A stretch of 64,000 bases of DNA, taken from positions 608,001-672,000 of the forward strand of contig OZ244239.1 in NCBI GenBank assembly GCA_965217115.1. Reading direction: 5' to 3'. Under the pieces are notes generated by a model. The model had not been told where the DNA came from. It did not search any database and saw only the letters and a list, made by a program, of their open reading frames with translations. Every line of letters starts with the position of its first letter. Positions within the stretch are counted from its first letter, which is position 1. This document shows, piece by piece, positions 39,065-50,506 of this stretch. Origin of the DNA: Bdellovibrionales bacterium. Lineage in GTDB: Bacteria > Bdellovibrionota > Bdellovibrionia > Bdellovibrionales > CAYMLA01. Made by a program: the position numbers and the translations under genes.

Positions 39065-39550
39065 TTACGAGCGATTAATACGACGGGATTTCTGTTGAAT
39101 CTTTCGTAAATACTTTCTTTTCTTAATTGCTCTCTGAGCAATCAGTTTAGACGCTTTAGCTTGAGCCGCTTCATCCACCTGAACATTAGTTGGGTCATAG
39201 TCTACGAACTCAATATAAGCCATTTCAGACGCATCACCAGCTCGCACACCCAGTTTAACAATTCGTGTGTATCCACCTGGACGCTCCTTAAAACGAGGCG
39301 CCAATTTTTTAATAATTTTACTCACCGTATCTCTATTTGGATAACGAGCTAATAAAAGTCTCTGAGCATGAAGTGACTCCTTCTTACCCAAAGTCACTGC
39401 TTTCTCAACATGACGTCGTAATTCTTTTGCCTTAGGAACTGTTGTTTTAATTCTCTCATGTTCAACCAAGTTATTCACCAAACCACGAAACAATGCCCTG
39501 CGGGCATCTGGGTGACGACTAAAATGTTTTACATTCCTTCTATGTCTCAT
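39065..39550 (-). CDS. rplQ: 50S ribosomal protein L17 with C-terminal extension
   Basis: MRHR, IKTTVPKAKELR, RPGGYTRI. Confidence 0.97.
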   Translation of the reverse strand: MRHRRNVKHFSRHPDARRALFRGLVNNLVEHERIKTTVPKAKELRRHVEKAVTLGKKESLHAQRLLLARYPNRDTVSKIIKKLAPRFKERPGGYTRIVKLGVRAGDASEMAYIEFVDYDPTNVQVDEAAQAKASKLIAQRAIKKRKYLRKIQQKSRRINRS

Positions 39551-39600
39551 CTACTCAATTCTCCAAAGTCTGTGTTGTGGCTTTCCTCTTTTTTATATGC

Positions 39601-40659
39601 TCAGTGACTCTCCGTTTTTGGAGCCATAGGTCCATTAGGATTACTAGCATCCCACCCCTGAGGTGGCCAACCATCAATTTTTAATCCTAATCCCAGTCCC
39701 ATTTCAATCAAAATTTCTTTGATCTCATTCAATGATTTACGACCAAAATTCTTCGTTTTTAACATCTCTGCTTCTGAACGAACAACCAACTCACCTATAT
39801 AGCGGATATTAGCGTTCTTCAGGCAATTGGCACTACGAACAGATAGCTCCAAATCCTCAACAGGACGGAATAAATTCTCATTCAACGTAGGCGTACTTGA
39901 TTTTTGTTCTTCTTCTGAAGGTTCAATAGACTCATCAAAGGTCACAAAAATTTCCAATTGATCCTTTAAAATTTTAGACCCCAGGGCCACTGCCTCATCT
40001 GGTTTTAATGACTTGTCCGTCCATACTTCCACTGCCAAGGCATCATAATCCGTTCTTTGACCCACACGAGCACTGTTCACCGTGTAATTCACCCGACGAA
40101 TAGGACTGTAAAGAGAGTCAATAGCAATAAATCCCAAAGGCAAATCATGCTCATGGCTCTCTGCCGCAACATAACCACGACCAAAACTCACATGGAGTTC
40201 ACAACTAAAATGAGCATTGTCACCCAAAGTACAAATCACATGATCTGGGTCCAACAACTCCAGCTTATCAGTTAATTGAATGTCAGCTGCACGAACAACA
40301 CCTGGTCCCTGCTTGTTTATTCTTACCGTTTGCGGATCTGGAGAATAGCTCTTCAATCGCAACTCTTTTAAATTAAGGATAATATCAGTCACATCTTCCA
40401 ACACATCAGGGATCGTTGAAAACTCATGGAGAACACCTTCTAATTTCACGGCAGAAACAGCCGTTCCCATCATCGAAGTCAAAAGAACTCGACGAATAGA
40501 ATTCCCCAAGGTCACACCATAACCACTCTCTAATGGCTTAATAATAAATTTTCCATAATCAGCGCGCAAAGATTCTCTCTCTACTTCAAAACCGCTAGGA
40601 CGAATTAGCTCACGCCAAAATTTGTAATAATGCTCTTGTACTTGAATTTCTTCGCTCAT
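39601..40659 (-). CDS. rpoA: RNA polymerase alpha subunit
   Basis: [33 protein letters not shown]. Confidence 0.98.
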   Translation of the reverse strand: MSEEIQVQEHYYKFWRELIRPSGFEVERESLRADYGKFIIKPLESGYGVTLGNSIRRVLLTSMMGTAVSAVKLEGVLHEFSTIPDVLEDVTDIILNLKELRLKSYSPDPQTVRINKQGPGVVRAADIQLTDKLELLDPDHVICTLGDNAHFSCELHVSFGRGYVAAESHEHDLPLGFIAIDSLYSPIRRVNYTVNSARVGQRTDYDALAVEVWTDKSLKPDEAVALGSKILKDQLEIFVTFDESIEPSEEEQKSSTPTLNENLFRPVEDLELSVRSANCLKNANIRYIGELVVRSEAEMLKTKNFGRKSLNEIKEILIEMGLGLGLKIDGWPPQGWDASNPNGPMAPKTESH

Positions 40660-40726
40660 AACCACCTCTAAAGAGTCCGACCTAAAAAAGGCCTCATAAT
40701 ATAATTTAAGTAAACACGCCTAAAAT

Positions 40727-41116
40727 CTAAATTCTTCTTCTTTTCGGAGGACGACAACCATTATGGGCAACAGGTGTTATGTCCTTCATCAACGTCACTC
40801 TCATACCACAGGCTGATAACGCTCGAATAGCTGGCTCTCGCCCCGCACCTGGACCAGAGAGGAAAACCTCCACACTCTTCACTCCATGCTCCATTGCCTT
40901 CTTTGCCGCATCTTCAGCTGCCATTTGTGCCGCAAAAGGAGTTCCTTTGCGACTGCCCTTGAAGCTCATTGCTCCAGCACTAGACCAAGAAATTGTATTC
41001 CCCGTAGGATCACTAAAAGTAATAATCGTATTCCCAAAACCCGATTGAACATTACAACGAGCAGATGGAATATTCTTTTTTACCTTCTTCTTTGTTTTTG
41101 TTTTTTTATCTGCCAT
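40727..41116 (-). CDS. rpsK: 30S ribosomal protein S11
   Basis: [22 protein letters not shown]. Confidence 0.98.
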   Translation of the reverse strand: MADKKTKTKKKVKKNIPSARCNVQSGFGNTIITFSDPTGNTISWSSAGAMSFKGSRKGTPFAAQMAAEDAAKKAMEHGVKSVEVFLSGPGAGREPAIRALSACGMRVTLMKDITPVAHNGCRPPKRRRI

Positions 41117-41141
41117 ATTCAAATAACTCCATACAAATTAA

Positions 41142-41516
41142 CTAAACTTTTTTCTTACCAGAAACCGTTCTCTTAGGTCCCTTTCTAGTTCTTGCATTTT
41201 GACGAGTGCTCTGCCCACGAACAGGAAGCCCTCTACGATGACGAAGTCCTCGATAACAACCCAAATCCATCAAACGCTTCACCGAAAGGCCCACCTCTCG
41301 GCGTAAATCACCTTCAATCTTATACTCACCTTCAACCGTGTTACGAATCTTTATCAAATCAGCTTCTGTCAAATCCTCTTCTCGCGCATCCTCACTAACA
41401 CCAGATTTACTACAGATTGCCTTCGCACGTGAAGATCCAACACCATAAAGATACGTCAAAGCGACGACCATTCTTTTTTTCTTACTGGGAATATCTACGC
41501 CCGATATACGTGCCAT
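41142..41516 (-). CDS. rpsM: 30S ribosomal protein S13
   Basis: [25 protein letters not shown]. Confidence 0.98.
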   Translation of the reverse strand: MARISGVDIPSKKKRMVVALTYLYGVGSSRAKAICSKSGVSEDAREEDLTEADLIKIRNTVEGEYKIEGDLRREVGLSVKRLMDLGCYRGLRHRRGLPVRGQSTRQNARTRKGPKRTVSGKKKV

Positions 41517-41519
41517 AAC

Positions 41520-41633
41520 CTAACCCTGCCTTTGCTTATGTTTGGGGTTCTCGCAAATCACTCGAATCACTCCTTTGCGCTTGATAACTTTACACTTAAT
41601 ACACATCTTTTTTACCGAAGCTGAAACCTTCAT
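41520..41633 (-). CDS. rpmJ: 50S ribosomal protein L36 (Zn-binding type; not in the ORF track)
   Basis: Translated by hand: [37 protein letters not shown]. Confidence 0.97.
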   Translation of the reverse strand: MKVSASVKKMCIKCKVIKRKGVIRVICENPKHKQRQG

Positions 41634-41696
41634 TACTCTCTCCTCAACACAATACGAAGCCCCTGTATTTACCTGATTTTCTTTTCACAGGCAAGC

Positions 41697-42338
41697 CTAA
41701 ACGCCCAAAGACCTCTTTATTCTTGTAAAAACCTCTAATGTTTCCCCTTGCCCATCAACCTCTAAATACCTTCCATCATTCTTATAAAAATCAATCAAAG
41801 GGCTCGTGTTTTTCTTATAAGCGTCTAGACGATTCTGTATCACATTCTCTCCGTCATCCACTCTCTGAACAACCTCTCCGCCACACTTATTACAAATGCC
41901 CTCTTTTTCAGAAGGATCTGAATCCACATGATAAACAGCTCCACAACCTTTGCAAGTACGTCGACCCGATAATCTTCTGAGCAAAACATCACTCTCTACT
42001 TGGAGAAAAATGGCCTTGTCCAAATTCATATTCTTAACCTCAAGCATCCCATTTAAAGCAATCGCCTGAGCCCCTGTGCGTGGAAAACCATCCAATATAA
42101 AATTATCCACCTCTGATTCTGAAAGTCTCTCCTCAACCATACCAATAACAACATCGTCAGGAACTAACTCTCCCTTATCCATGTAAGCCTGTGCTTCTTG
42201 CCCCAAATTCGTTTTTTTCTTTATCGCCGAGCGGAACAAGTTTCCAGTACTTATGTGGCACATTCCCAATTTTTTAACTAGAAATTCTGACTGTGTTCCT
42301 TTACCCGCACCAGGGGGGCCAAAAAGCAATATATTCAA
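41697..42338 (-). CDS. adk: Adenylate kinase with Zn-binding lid
   Basis: GPPGAGKGTQ, LDGFPRT, CKGC...CNKC. Confidence 0.97.
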   Translation of the reverse strand: MNILLFGPPGAGKGTQSEFLVKKLGMCHISTGNLFRSAIKKKTNLGQEAQAYMDKGELVPDDVVIGMVEERLSESEVDNFILDGFPRTGAQAIALNGMLEVKNMNLDKAIFLQVESDVLLRRLSGRRTCKGCGAVYHVDSDPSEKEGICNKCGGEVVQRVDDGENVIQNRLDAYKKNTSPLIDFYKNDGRYLEVDGQGETLEVFTRIKRSLGV

Positions 42339-43630
42339 TATTTAACCCTCCGCCCACGCATCTTAGGACTCTTCATCATCGCTTCATAACGACGGGGTGA
42401 AATCATCTGTTCCTGAATCTTTTGAACCGTATCAATAGCCACCGCCACAAGAATCAACAAACTCGTTCCACCAAAGTAAAAAGGCACCTTTGTCGTCTCA
42501 ATAAGAATTCCTGGCAAAACACACACAAGACTCAAATACAAAGCTCCCACCACATTGACCCTCTCCACCACCTTCGTGATGTAATCCGATGTGCTCTTAC
42601 CAGCGCGAATTCCAGGTATAAAACGTCCGCCTTTTTTTAAATTATCTGCCACTTCAGTAGGGTTAAAAACAATTTCCGTATAGAAGAAACAAAAGAAAAT
42701 AACCAATCCCACAAAAAGCACATTGTAAATGACCCCGCCAGGAGCTAACGACTCCTGCAAAGAAACCAACAATGAACTGTCTACAAATTGCGTCATCGTC
42801 GCTGGAAAAAGCAACAATGAACTCGCAAATATAGGGGGAATCACCCCTGAGAAATTCAATTTCAAAGGCAAATAACTAGCACTCGACCCAGAAGCTGACT
42901 GGTGTATAGGAAGCCGTCTCTGCCCCGCTTCAACAAATATCACAAAGCCAACAACAAGAACCATAAAGGACAATATGATAAGTCCTAACCCAGCACTCAT
43001 TTCTCCACTGGAAATAAGACTCACCAAAGAAGACGCTCCACTAGGAATTCCCGCTGCAATACCTGCAAAAATAATTAAACTCGCCCCATTACCAATGCCT
43101 CGATCAGTGATCTGCTCACCCAACCACATGATAAAACAAGTTCCCGCCGTTAAAGTCAGCACTGTCATCACTTGAAAAGGAATAAATCCCACGGATGGAG
43201 CCAAAACCAAAGAAGCCCCATCTGGAGCCTGTGAATTCATCAACCAAGAACTAATCCCGTAGCCCTGAACCACCGCCAAGATAACCGTTCCGTAACGAGT
43301 GTACTGATTAATCTTACGACGACCAGCTTCACCTTCTTTCTTCAGGGCTTCCAGATAAGGAACCGCCGACGTCAAAAGTTGAAAAATAATCGAACTAGAA
43401 ATGTAAGGCATGATACCCAAAGCAAACACAGAGAACTGCTGCAAAGCCCCCCCTGTAAACGTATTAAATAAACCAAAGATTCCGCCACTCTGCGCCTGGA
43501 AAAATTCCATTACTGCATTACCATCAACACCTGGGGTTGGAACATGAACTCCCATACGGTAAACAGCTAAAATAAAAAGTGTAAACAAAATCTTACGACG
43601 AAGCTCTGCATGTTGCGCTATACCTGACAC
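42335..43630 (-). CDS. secY: Preprotein translocase subunit SecY
   Basis: ALGIMPYISSSII, WLGEQIT..GIGNG, GVIPPIFASS, IPGIRAG, FGGTSLLI. Confidence 0.97.
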   Translation of the reverse strand: MSGIAQHAELRRKILFTLFILAVYRMGVHVPTPGVDGNAVMEFFQAQSGGIFGLFNTFTGGALQQFSVFALGIMPYISSSIIFQLLTSAVPYLEALKKEGEAGRRKINQYTRYGTVILAVVQGYGISSWLMNSQAPDGASLVLAPSVGFIPFQVMTVLTLTAGTCFIMWLGEQITDRGIGNGASLIIFAGIAAGIPSGASSLVSLISSGEMSAGLGLIILSFMVLVVGFVIFVEAGQRRLPIHQSASGSSASYLPLKLNFSGVIPPIFASSLLLFPATMTQFVDSSLLVSLQESLAPGGVIYNVLFVGLVIFFCFFYTEIVFNPTEVADNLKKGGRFIPGIRAGKSTSDYITKVVERVNVVGALYLSLVCVLPGILIETTKVPFYFGGTSLLILVAVAIDTVQKIQEQMISPRRYEAMMKSPKMRGRRVKY

Positions 43631-43642
43631 TTGACTATCCCT

Positions 43643-44110
43643 CTACGGTTTTTTTTTATAACTCTTTTTTATAATTTCTTTCTCTATTACTTTGCCACCT
43701 GCGGCCTCGACAGCCGATTTAACACTCTTAGTTACTTTAATATCTTTCAAAGTCACAGCTTTTTCAATTTTGCCATTTCCTAAAACCTTTACCAATGGCA
43801 AAGAGACAAGCCCTGCCTCTTTCAAAATAACAGGAGTCACTTCTCCATCAAATTGATTCAATTGTTCCAAACTCACCGTTGAATAACGAGTCTTAAAGGC
43901 GTTATTTGTAAAGCCTAACTTCGGTAAACGTCGCATAATAGGTGTTTGACCACCCTCAAAACCTCGACGAACTTTACCGCCTGAACGGGCTTTTTGCCCT
44001 TTATGCCCTTTACCCGATGTCTTGCCCCAACCCGAGCTATGTCCACGCCCAACTCTTTTTCTATCTTGAGTCGACCCTTCATTTGGGCTTAATTCTTCTA
44101 GTAAACTCAT
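43643..44110 (-). CDS. rplO: 50S ribosomal protein L15
   Basis: [19 protein letters not shown]. Confidence 0.97.
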   Translation of the reverse strand: MSLLEELSPNEGSTQDRKRVGRGHSSGWGKTSGKGHKGQKARSGGKVRRGFEGGQTPIMRRLPKLGFTNNAFKTRYSTVSLEQLNQFDGEVTPVILKEAGLVSLPLVKVLGNGKIEKAVTLKDIKVTKSVKSAVEAAGGKVIEKEIIKKSYKKKP

Positions 44111-44131
44111 AACAAACTCTCCAGTTAAACT

Positions 44132-44320
44132 TTACTTCTCTACCGAAACATCCAACAAATGTTGCATTTTTGTAATCTGTCCACGAACCTGAGGAGTGTC
44201 TTTCACCACAACCTCTTGATTAATCCTACGCAGACCACCTATACAATTAACCGTATCCTTCTGTCTTTGCGAGCTTCCAATCAAACTCTTCTTTAATTTT
44301 ACACGAAATGATTTTGCCAT
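44132..44320 (-). CDS. rpmD: 50S ribosomal protein L30
   Basis: KSLIG..LRRINQ..DTPQVRG; position between rpsE and rplO. Confidence 0.92.
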   Translation of the reverse strand: MAKSFRVKLKKSLIGSSQRQKDTVNCIGGLRRINQEVVVKDTPQVRGQITKMQHLLDVSVEK

Positions 44321-44332
44321 CAGTCCTCTCTC

Positions 44333-44803
44333 CTACGAATCACTTGACTCTATTTTTTTCTCTTTCTTCAATTGAGACAACCCTTCCAAAGTCGCTCGAA
44401 CTGCATTATGAGGATTACGAGTCCCAATACACTTAGTCAAAATATCCTTCACACCCATGGATTCCAAAATAGCTCGTACAGCACCACCCGCAATCACTCC
44501 CGTACCAGGAGCCGCAGGAATCAAAGCCACTTTCGCCGCTCCAAACTGACCTATCACTTCATGGGGAATTGTTCGCCCCTCTGAAAGATTAAAACACTGA
44601 CATGCCTTACGAGCTGTGCGACTGGCCTTACCAATCGCCATAGGAACTTCACCCGCTTTTCCTGTTCCAAAACCAACCTCACCAGCGCCATTACCCACAA
44701 CAACAAGAGCTGAAAAGGAAAACCTCCGTCCACCTTTTACCACTTTAGACACACGGTTAATCGTAACCACTCTCTCTTCAAAATCATTCACTTGATTTTC
44801 CAC
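44333..44803 (-). CDS. rpsE: 30S ribosomal protein S5
   Basis: [23 protein letters not shown]. Confidence 0.98.
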   Translation of the reverse strand: MENQVNDFEERVVTINRVSKVVKGGRRFSFSALVVVGNGAGEVGFGTGKAGEVPMAIGKASRTARKACQCFNLSEGRTIPHEVIGQFGAAKVALIPAAPGTGVIAGGAVRAILESMGVKDILTKCIGTRNPHNAVRATLEGLSQLKKEKKIESSDS

Positions 44804-44816
44804 TAAAAAATCTCCC

Positions 44817-45179
44817 TTAAAACTTTAAGCCCGCTTCACGAGCACCATCAGCCACTGCTTTAACACGACCGTGATACAAGAAGCCATTTCTATCAAAGAC
44901 GACATTTTCAATTTTACTTTCCAACGCTGCTTTCGCCACAGCTTCGCCCACTTTTTGCGCAGCTTTTTTACCTTTCTCACTCATTTTTAACGACGACACA
45001 GCGACTAAAGTTTTTTTACTCACATCATCAATAACCTGTGCATACACATTTGCATTACTTCTAAAGACGTTCAAACGAGGTCTCTCTGGAGTCCCCTTCA
45101 CCGTCTTACGTATGCGAACCTTTTTCTTAATCCGATTCACAACTTTTTTTGCTGTTTTCTTATTAAATTTTAATTTCAT
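44817..45179 (-). CDS. rplR: 50S ribosomal protein L18
   Basis: [24 protein letters not shown] at 45179. Confidence 0.97.
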   Translation of the reverse strand: MKLKFNKKTAKKVVNRIKKKVRIRKTVKGTPERPRLNVFRSNANVYAQVIDDVSKKTLVAVSSLKMSEKGKKAAQKVGEAVAKAALESKIENVVFDRNGFLYHGRVKAVADGAREAGLKF

Positions 45180-45237
45180 CTCAATAACTCCGTATACATT
45201 TGACTGGAATAAACCAGCTCTAATCATTAAAGTTTAA

Positions 45238-45777
45238 TTATTTACTTGCCGACTTACCAGCCTTACGACGAATGTACTCATCTTCGTATTTCACACCCTT
45301 TCCTAAATAAGGTTCAGGGGGACGAAAAGAACGAATTTTAGCTGCCACCTGTCCTACAGATTCCTTATTAGAACCAGTGACAGACACTTTAGTCTGCTTC
45401 TCCACCTTAATCGTAATTCCTTCAGGAATAGAAAATGCTATAGGGTGACTATAACCCAAAGCCAATTCCAAAACTTTACCCTTAACTGCCGAGCGATAAC
45501 CAACTCCATTTAAGATCAAAGTTTTACTAAAACCCTCAGTCACTCCCGTTACTGCATTCTGAATCAAAGCTCGATAGAGACCATGACGGGCACGGGACTC
45601 CTTCGTGTCGTCTTTGCGTTTAATGATAATTTTACTATCTTCCACCGTCACATTTACATGGGAACTAAATTCCACCGTTTCGGTGTTCTTAGCTCCCTTC
45701 ACTGTCACCAAATTATTACTAATATTGACTGACACCTTATCATTAAATGCGACTGGATCTTTACCTACTCGTGACAT
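45238..45777 (-). CDS. rplF: 50S ribosomal protein L6
   Basis: MSRVGK, GVGYR, LGYSHP, RPPEPY.GKGV. Confidence 0.97.
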   Translation of the reverse strand: MSRVGKDPVAFNDKVSVNISNNLVTVKGAKNTETVEFSSHVNVTVEDSKIIIKRKDDTKESRARHGLYRALIQNAVTGVTEGFSKTLILNGVGYRSAVKGKVLELALGYSHPIAFSIPEGITIKVEKQTKVSVTGSNKESVGQVAAKIRSFRPPEPYLGKGVKYEDEYIRRKAGKSASK

Positions 45778-45786
45778 AAAACACAC

Positions 45787-46176
45787 CTACCAAACTTGGC
45801 AGAGAATTTCTCCACCAATATTATTTTTTTTAGCACTATCACCACTGATAATACCTCGACTCGTACTCACAATAGAAATTCCATACCCATTTCTAACGCT
45901 AGGAATATTTTTTGCTCCCACATAAGAGCGACGACTAAGACGACTCACTCTCTCTAACTTCTCTATCGCGTGACGACCTTCTTCATCGTACTTCAAATAA
46001 AGACGCATCATTCCCTGCTTACCATCATCCACAACATGAAACGCACGAATATAATTATGCTCTTTAAGTATTTTAGCGATTCCTTTTCTCATGTTAGAAG
46101 AAGGAACATCCACTTTCTCATTGCCCGCCATTCCAGCGTTGCGAATTCGAGTTAAAAATTCCGCTACCGTATCCAT
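45787..46176 (-). CDS. rpsH: 30S ribosomal protein S8
   Basis: LTRIRNA, STSRGI, GGEILCQVW. Confidence 0.97.
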   Translation of the reverse strand: MDTVAEFLTRIRNAGMAGNEKVDVPSSNMRKGIAKILKEHNYIRAFHVVDDGKQGMMRLYLKYDEEGRHAIEKLERVSRLSRRSYVGAKNIPSVRNGYGISIVSTSRGIISGDSAKKNNIGGEILCQVW

Positions 46177-46206
46177 ATCAATCTCTCCTCACTCAAAACA
46201 ACTGTT

Positions 46207-46512
46207 TTACCAACTGGCCTTTGTTACACCAGGTAATTTACCAAAATTTGCCAATTCTCTCACTGCAATACGAGAAAGACCGAACTTTCTCAAATAGCCA
46301 TGGGGACGACCCGTCAACGCACAACGATTTCTCACCCGAATCTTAGAGGTGTCCCTTCTAAGGGCTTGCAACTTCCAACGAGCATCCTCTCTCTCTTCAG
46401 GAGTCAAATCAAAATCAATCGCCTGTTTTTTTAATTCCTGACGATGTTTTCTGTACCTTTCAGAAATTTCTTTTCTTCTTAAGTTCTTCTGTATAGATGA
46501 AACTTTAGCCAT
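46207..46512 (-). CDS. rpsN: 30S ribosomal protein S14, long non-Zn (C-) type
   Basis: 101 aa; [10 protein letters not shown]...FGLSR...LPGVTKASW with only one Cys. Confidence 0.97.
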   Translation of the reverse strand: MAKVSSIQKNLRRKEISERYRKHRQELKKQAIDFDLTPEEREDARWKLQALRRDTSKIRVRNRCALTGRPHGYLRKFGLSRIAVRELANFGKLPGVTKASW

Positions 46513-46524
46513 GTTTTCTAACCC

Positions 46525-47073
46525 CTAATTCTTCTTAATAAAAGGCACCCCAAGCGCATCCAAGAGCGCCAAGCCTTCCTCATCTGTTTTAGCCGTTGTA
46601 CAAAAAGTAATATTCATTCCACGAACCTTATCTACCTTGTCATAATCAACTTCAGGAAAAACAATTTGCTCCTTCAAACCCATATTAAAATTTCCCCGGC
46701 CATCAAACCCCTTGGAGCTTATTCCACGAAAATCCCGAACACGAGGCAAAGTTACATTTGTTAACTTTTCAAAAAACACCCACATTTTATCTCTACGCAG
46801 TGTCACACGAACTCCCAACTGAGTCCCTTCACGGAGTTTAAAGTTTGCAATCGCCTTCTTAGCACGGGTAATTACTGCTTTTTGCCCCGTAATAGCCATT
46901 AACTGATCACCTGCTGCCACCAATAATTTAGGATTCTGCACAGCCTCACTCATACACATGTTAATCACAATTTTTTCCATGCGTGGCACTTCCATTACAC
47001 TCTTGTAACCCAACTGTTTCTGCAGAGCAGGAACCACATCTTCTTTATAATTTTGCACTAACTGTTTCACCAT
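46525..47073 (-). CDS. rplE: 50S ribosomal protein L5
   Basis: [26 protein letters not shown]. Confidence 0.98.
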   Translation of the reverse strand: MVKQLVQNYKEDVVPALQKQLGYKSVMEVPRMEKIVINMCMSEAVQNPKLLVAAGDQLMAITGQKAVITRAKKAIANFKLREGTQLGVRVTLRRDKMWVFFEKLTNVTLPRVRDFRGISSKGFDGRGNFNMGLKEQIVFPEVDYDKVDKVRGMNITFCTTAKTDEEGLALLDALGVPFIKKN

Positions 47074-47108
47074 TAATCTCCAACATTCAATTCTATACTA
47101 GACTTCAC

Positions 47109-47477
47109 TCACAATACTTCCGGAGCAAGCGAGATAATTTTAACAAATTTCTTTGCCCGCAGCTCTCTAGCCACTGGCCCAAAAATACGAGTTCCAATAG
47201 GCTCCTTATTCGCATTCACCAAAACTGCTGAATTATTATCAAAACGAATATAAGTCCCATCTGATCGACGCAATTGGTGAATAGTTCTCACAATCACCGC
47301 CTTAGCCACGTCTCCCTTTTTCACCTTAGAATTTGGTAGGGCATCCTTAATAGACACAACGATAATGTCTCCCACTGAAGCCGTACGCCTTTTAGAACCA
47401 CCTAATACTTTAATGCACATAACTTCCTTAGCTCCAGAGTTATCTGCTACGGATAAGCGCGTTTGCATTTGAATCAT
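47109..47477 (-). CDS. rplN: 50S ribosomal protein L14
   Basis: [27 protein letters not shown]. Confidence 0.99.
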   Translation of the reverse strand: MIQMQTRLSVADNSGAKEVMCIKVLGGSKRRTASVGDIIVVSIKDALPNSKVKKGDVAKAVIVRTIHQLRRSDGTYIRFDNNSAVLVNANKEPIGTRIFGPVARELRAKKFVKIISLAPEVL

Positions 47478-47498
47478 TTTATACTCCCTATCCTTTTC

Positions 47499-47783
47499 TT
47501 AATTCTTAGCCGTTTCAATAATTTCACTCAACATCCAACGCTTACTCTTACTCAAAGGACGAGTTTCGTAAATACGAACCTTGTCTCCAAGCTTAGCCAC
47601 ATTCTTCTCATCATGGACCTTCAAAACCGTTGAACGACGAAGATATTTTCCATATTTTCTATGCTTAATCGTTCTGTAAACAATCACAGTCACTGTTTTG
47701 TCCATTTTGTCCGAAGTTACCTCAGCAGTAACTTCATTCCTACGACCTCGCTCTACTGTTTTCATCTCTTTGTTTTTTTCCAT
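47499..47783 (-). CDS. rpsQ: 30S ribosomal protein S17
   Basis: SDKMDKT, HDE, ETRPLSKSKRW. Confidence 0.97.
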   Translation of the reverse strand: MEKNKEMKTVERGRRNEVTAEVTSDKMDKTVTVIVYRTIKHRKYGKYLRRSTVLKVHDEKNVAKLGDKVRIYETRPLSKSKRWMLSEIIETAKN

Positions 47784-47786
47784 CAC

Positions 47787-47984
47787 CTACACCTTATCAG
47801 AAGCTTTCAATGTTAAAGCTGTCCCTATCTTCGCAATATCACGCCTTTTCATTCTTATTCCTAAAGGGTTTGTCAACTGACCCAAAGAATTTTTCATCTT
47901 CAGCTCAAAGAGTTCCTCTTTAATTTCCCTTCTTTTACTACGCAAATCTTCGACTGTTAAACTCTTCATCTCTTCGTATTTCAT
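47787..47984 (-). CDS. rpmC: 50S ribosomal protein L29
   Basis: ELFELKM..GQLTNP..RRDIA; position in the operon. Confidence 0.93.
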   Translation of the reverse strand: MKYEEMKSLTVEDLRSKRREIKEELFELKMKNSLGQLTNPLGIRMKRRDIAKIGTALTLKASDKV

Positions 47985-47985
47985 A

Positions 47986-48393
47986 CTACACCCGTTCCGT
48001 AAATCGTGTTTTAAATGGTAATTTATGGGCCGCTAAACGGAAAGCCTCTTGAGCCTGTTCCTTCGTCACGCCTCTCACTTCAAACAAAACACGGCCTGGC
48101 TTTATAATAGCCGCCCAGTATTCAGGACTTCCCTTACCTTTACCCATACGAGTTTCAGCAGGTTTCTTTGTCACTGGCTTATCAGGGAAAACACGAATCC
48201 AAACCTGACCACCACGCTTAATATAACGATTAATAGCAACACGGGCTGCTTCAATTTGCCGAGAAGTCATACGACCAAACTCAGTGGCCTGAAGACCAAA
48301 GTCACCAAAAGAAATATCACTTCCTCGATAAGCAAAACCACTGCGCTTACCTCTAAACTGCCTTCTCCAATTGACTTTTTTAGGACTTAACAC
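47986..48393 (-). CDS. rplP: 50S ribosomal protein L16
   Basis: [18 protein letters not shown]. Confidence 0.98.
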   Translation of the reverse strand: MLSPKKVNWRRQFRGKRSGFAYRGSDISFGDFGLQATEFGRMTSRQIEAARVAINRYIKRGGQVWIRVFPDKPVTKKPAETRMGKGKGSPEYWAAIIKPGRVLFEVRGVTKEQAQEAFRLAAHKLPFKTRFTERV

Positions 48394-49045
48394 GACCTGC
48401 CTCCTCCGCTTCTTTTTGGCTCAAGACATCGCCCTTATAAACCCAAACTTTCAACCCTATAATCCCATAGGTCGTCAACGCCTCTGCTACACCATAATCA
48501 ATATCCGCTCGCAACGTATGCAACGGCACACTTTTCTCTTTGTAACACTCTGAACGAGCAATATCAGCCCCATCCAAACGACCCGAAATCATAATCTTAA
48601 TTCCACGAACACCACTACGAACAGAAGCCGCCAAAGCCTTCTTCAAAGCACGACGCCACCCAACCCTTTTTTCCAACTGCATCGCCACATTTTCGGCAAT
48701 CAGTTGCGCATCTAAATCAGGCTTACGAACCTCTTGGATATTTACAAAGACTTCACTCTTTGTCTTCTTTTGAATATCTGCCTTCAAAGCATCAATACCC
48801 GCACCCTTTTTACCAATAACCACACCTGGACGGGCTGTAGAAATTAAAATCTTAATTTTATTTGCCGCGCGCTCCATCTCTACCTTTGCCACGCCCGCAT
48901 GGCGAAGTTTCTTCTTGATGAAAGTTCGCAACATTAAATCTTCATGAATATTTTGAACGTAATTATTTTTCTCTGCGAACCAACGAGAGTCCCAAGTTCT
49001 AATCACACCTACGCGAAATCCAATTGGATTTACTTTCTGTCCCAC
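48380..49045 (-). CDS. rpsC: 30S ribosomal protein S3
   Basis: [32 protein letters not shown]. Confidence 0.98.
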   Translation of the reverse strand: MGQKVNPIGFRVGVIRTWDSRWFAEKNNYVQNIHEDLMLRTFIKKKLRHAGVAKVEMERAANKIKILISTARPGVVIGKKGAGIDALKADIQKKTKSEVFVNIQEVRKPDLDAQLIAENVAMQLEKRVGWRRALKKALAASVRSGVRGIKIMISGRLDGADIARSECYKEKSVPLHTLRADIDYGVAEALTTYGIIGLKVWVYKGDVLSQKEAEEAGRVKS

Positions 49046-49048
49046 TCG

Positions 49049-49381
49049 TTACCTCTCTTCCAATGTCACATTGAAATGACTTGTCTTTTTACGAATCAAT
49101 GTCGCTCGTCCCTGCGCACGGGGAATAAATCTCTTTGAAGAAGGTCCCCCATCAGCAGTCACTTCTTTCACATATAAATTATCCACATCAATTACTTTTT
49201 TGTTCTCAGCATTGGCCAACGCCGATTCAATTAATTTCTTTAACATACGTGCACCCTTTTTAGGAGTGAACGTTAAAATGCGGATCGCTTCATTCACATT
49301 TTTACCCCTCACAAGATCGACAACCAATCTGGCCTTCTGAACTCCAATCTTTGCATATTTTAAACTTGCCCTAGCTTCCAT
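49049..49381 (-). CDS. rplV: 50S ribosomal protein L22
   Basis: KARLVVDLVRG, SALANA, PRAQGRA. Confidence 0.98.
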   Translation of the reverse strand: MEARASLKYAKIGVQKARLVVDLVRGKNVNEAIRILTFTPKKGARMLKKLIESALANAENKKVIDVDNLYVKEVTADGGPSSKRFIPRAQGRATLIRKKTSHFNVTLEER

Positions 49382-49397
49382 TATTTACCACCTACCA

Positions 49398-49667
49398 CTA
49401 TTTTTTCTTTTTATCCGCATGACCATGAAAAGTCCGCGTAGGAGAAAATTCACCCAGTTTATGACCAATCATATTGTCCGAAATATACACAGGCATAAAT
49501 TTACGCCCATTGTGAACAGCAAACGTCATTCCCACCATCTCTGGAAAAATCGTCGACCGACGGGACCAAGTTTTTACGACCTTCTTATCACCTGTCTCTT
49601 GGGCCACTTCCACCTTCTTCCAAAGATGATTATCTATAAAGGGGCCTTTTTTAACCGATCTTGCCAT
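49398..49667 (-). CDS. rpsS: 30S ribosomal protein S19
   Basis: [23 protein letters not shown]. Confidence 0.98.
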   Translation of the reverse strand: MARSVKKGPFIDNHLWKKVEVAQETGDKKVVKTWSRRSTIFPEMVGMTFAVHNGRKFMPVYISDNMIGHKLGEFSPTRTFHGHADKKKK

Positions 49668-49678
49668 CTAATATGCTC

Positions 49679-50503
49679 CTACTTGCGATTTCTTCGCTTA
49701 ACAATAAATTTATCAGTTCTCTTATTACTACGAGTCCTATGACCCTTACAAGGTTTTCCCCAAGGAGTTCTTGGATGATGACCTTTACCACGACCTTCTC
49801 CACCACCACCTGGGTGATCGATAGGATTCATACACATTCCACGAACCGTAGGACGTTTACCCTTCCAACGATTTCGCCCCGCTTTACCGATCGTGATATT
49901 CTCATGATCCGTATTACCAACTTGCCCAACAGTAGCACGACAAACAGAAAGCACCTGACGCAACTCACCCGACGGCAGTTTAATTTGACAATATTTATCT
50001 CCTTTTGCCGCAAGAGAAGCCGAAACACCTGCCCCTCTCACCAACTGCGCCCCCTTACCTGGACGAAGCTCAATATTATGAATCACCGTACCCGTAGGTA
50101 AATCCTTCAACTGCATAGAGTTACCAGGCTTAATATCAGCCTCGGCACTGGATAAAACAGTGTCTCCCACGTTCAAACCAACTGGACAAATAATGTAACG
50201 CTTTTCTCCATCCGCATAATGAAGCAATGCAATCCGAGACGAGCGATTTGGATCATACTCAATAGATGCCACCTTAGCTGGAATCTCTAATTTGTTTCTC
50301 AAAAAATCAATAATACGATAACGACGTTTATGACCACCACCATGATGTCGCATAGTAATTTGACCATGATTGCCCCTAGCACCCGTGTGATTCAATTTAG
50401 TCGTTAAAGACTTCTCTGGAGTAGCCTTAGTAATTTCTTTGAAATCAAAACCCGTCATTCCACGACGACCAGGACTCCTCGGTTTAAATACCTTAACACC
50501 CAT
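49679..50503 (-). CDS. rplB: 50S ribosomal protein L2
   Basis: [28 protein letters not shown]. Confidence 0.98.
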   Translation of the reverse strand: MGVKVFKPRSPGRRGMTGFDFKEITKATPEKSLTTKLNHTGARGNHGQITMRHHGGGHKRRYRIIDFLRNKLEIPAKVASIEYDPNRSSRIALLHYADGEKRYIICPVGLNVGDTVLSSAEADIKPGNSMQLKDLPTGTVIHNIELRPGKGAQLVRGAGVSASLAAKGDKYCQIKLPSGELRQVLSVCRATVGQVGNTDHENITIGKAGRNRWKGKRPTVRGMCMNPIDHPGGGGEGRGKGHHPRTPWGKPCKGHRTRSNKRTDKFIVKRRNRK

Positions 50504-50506
50504 TTT

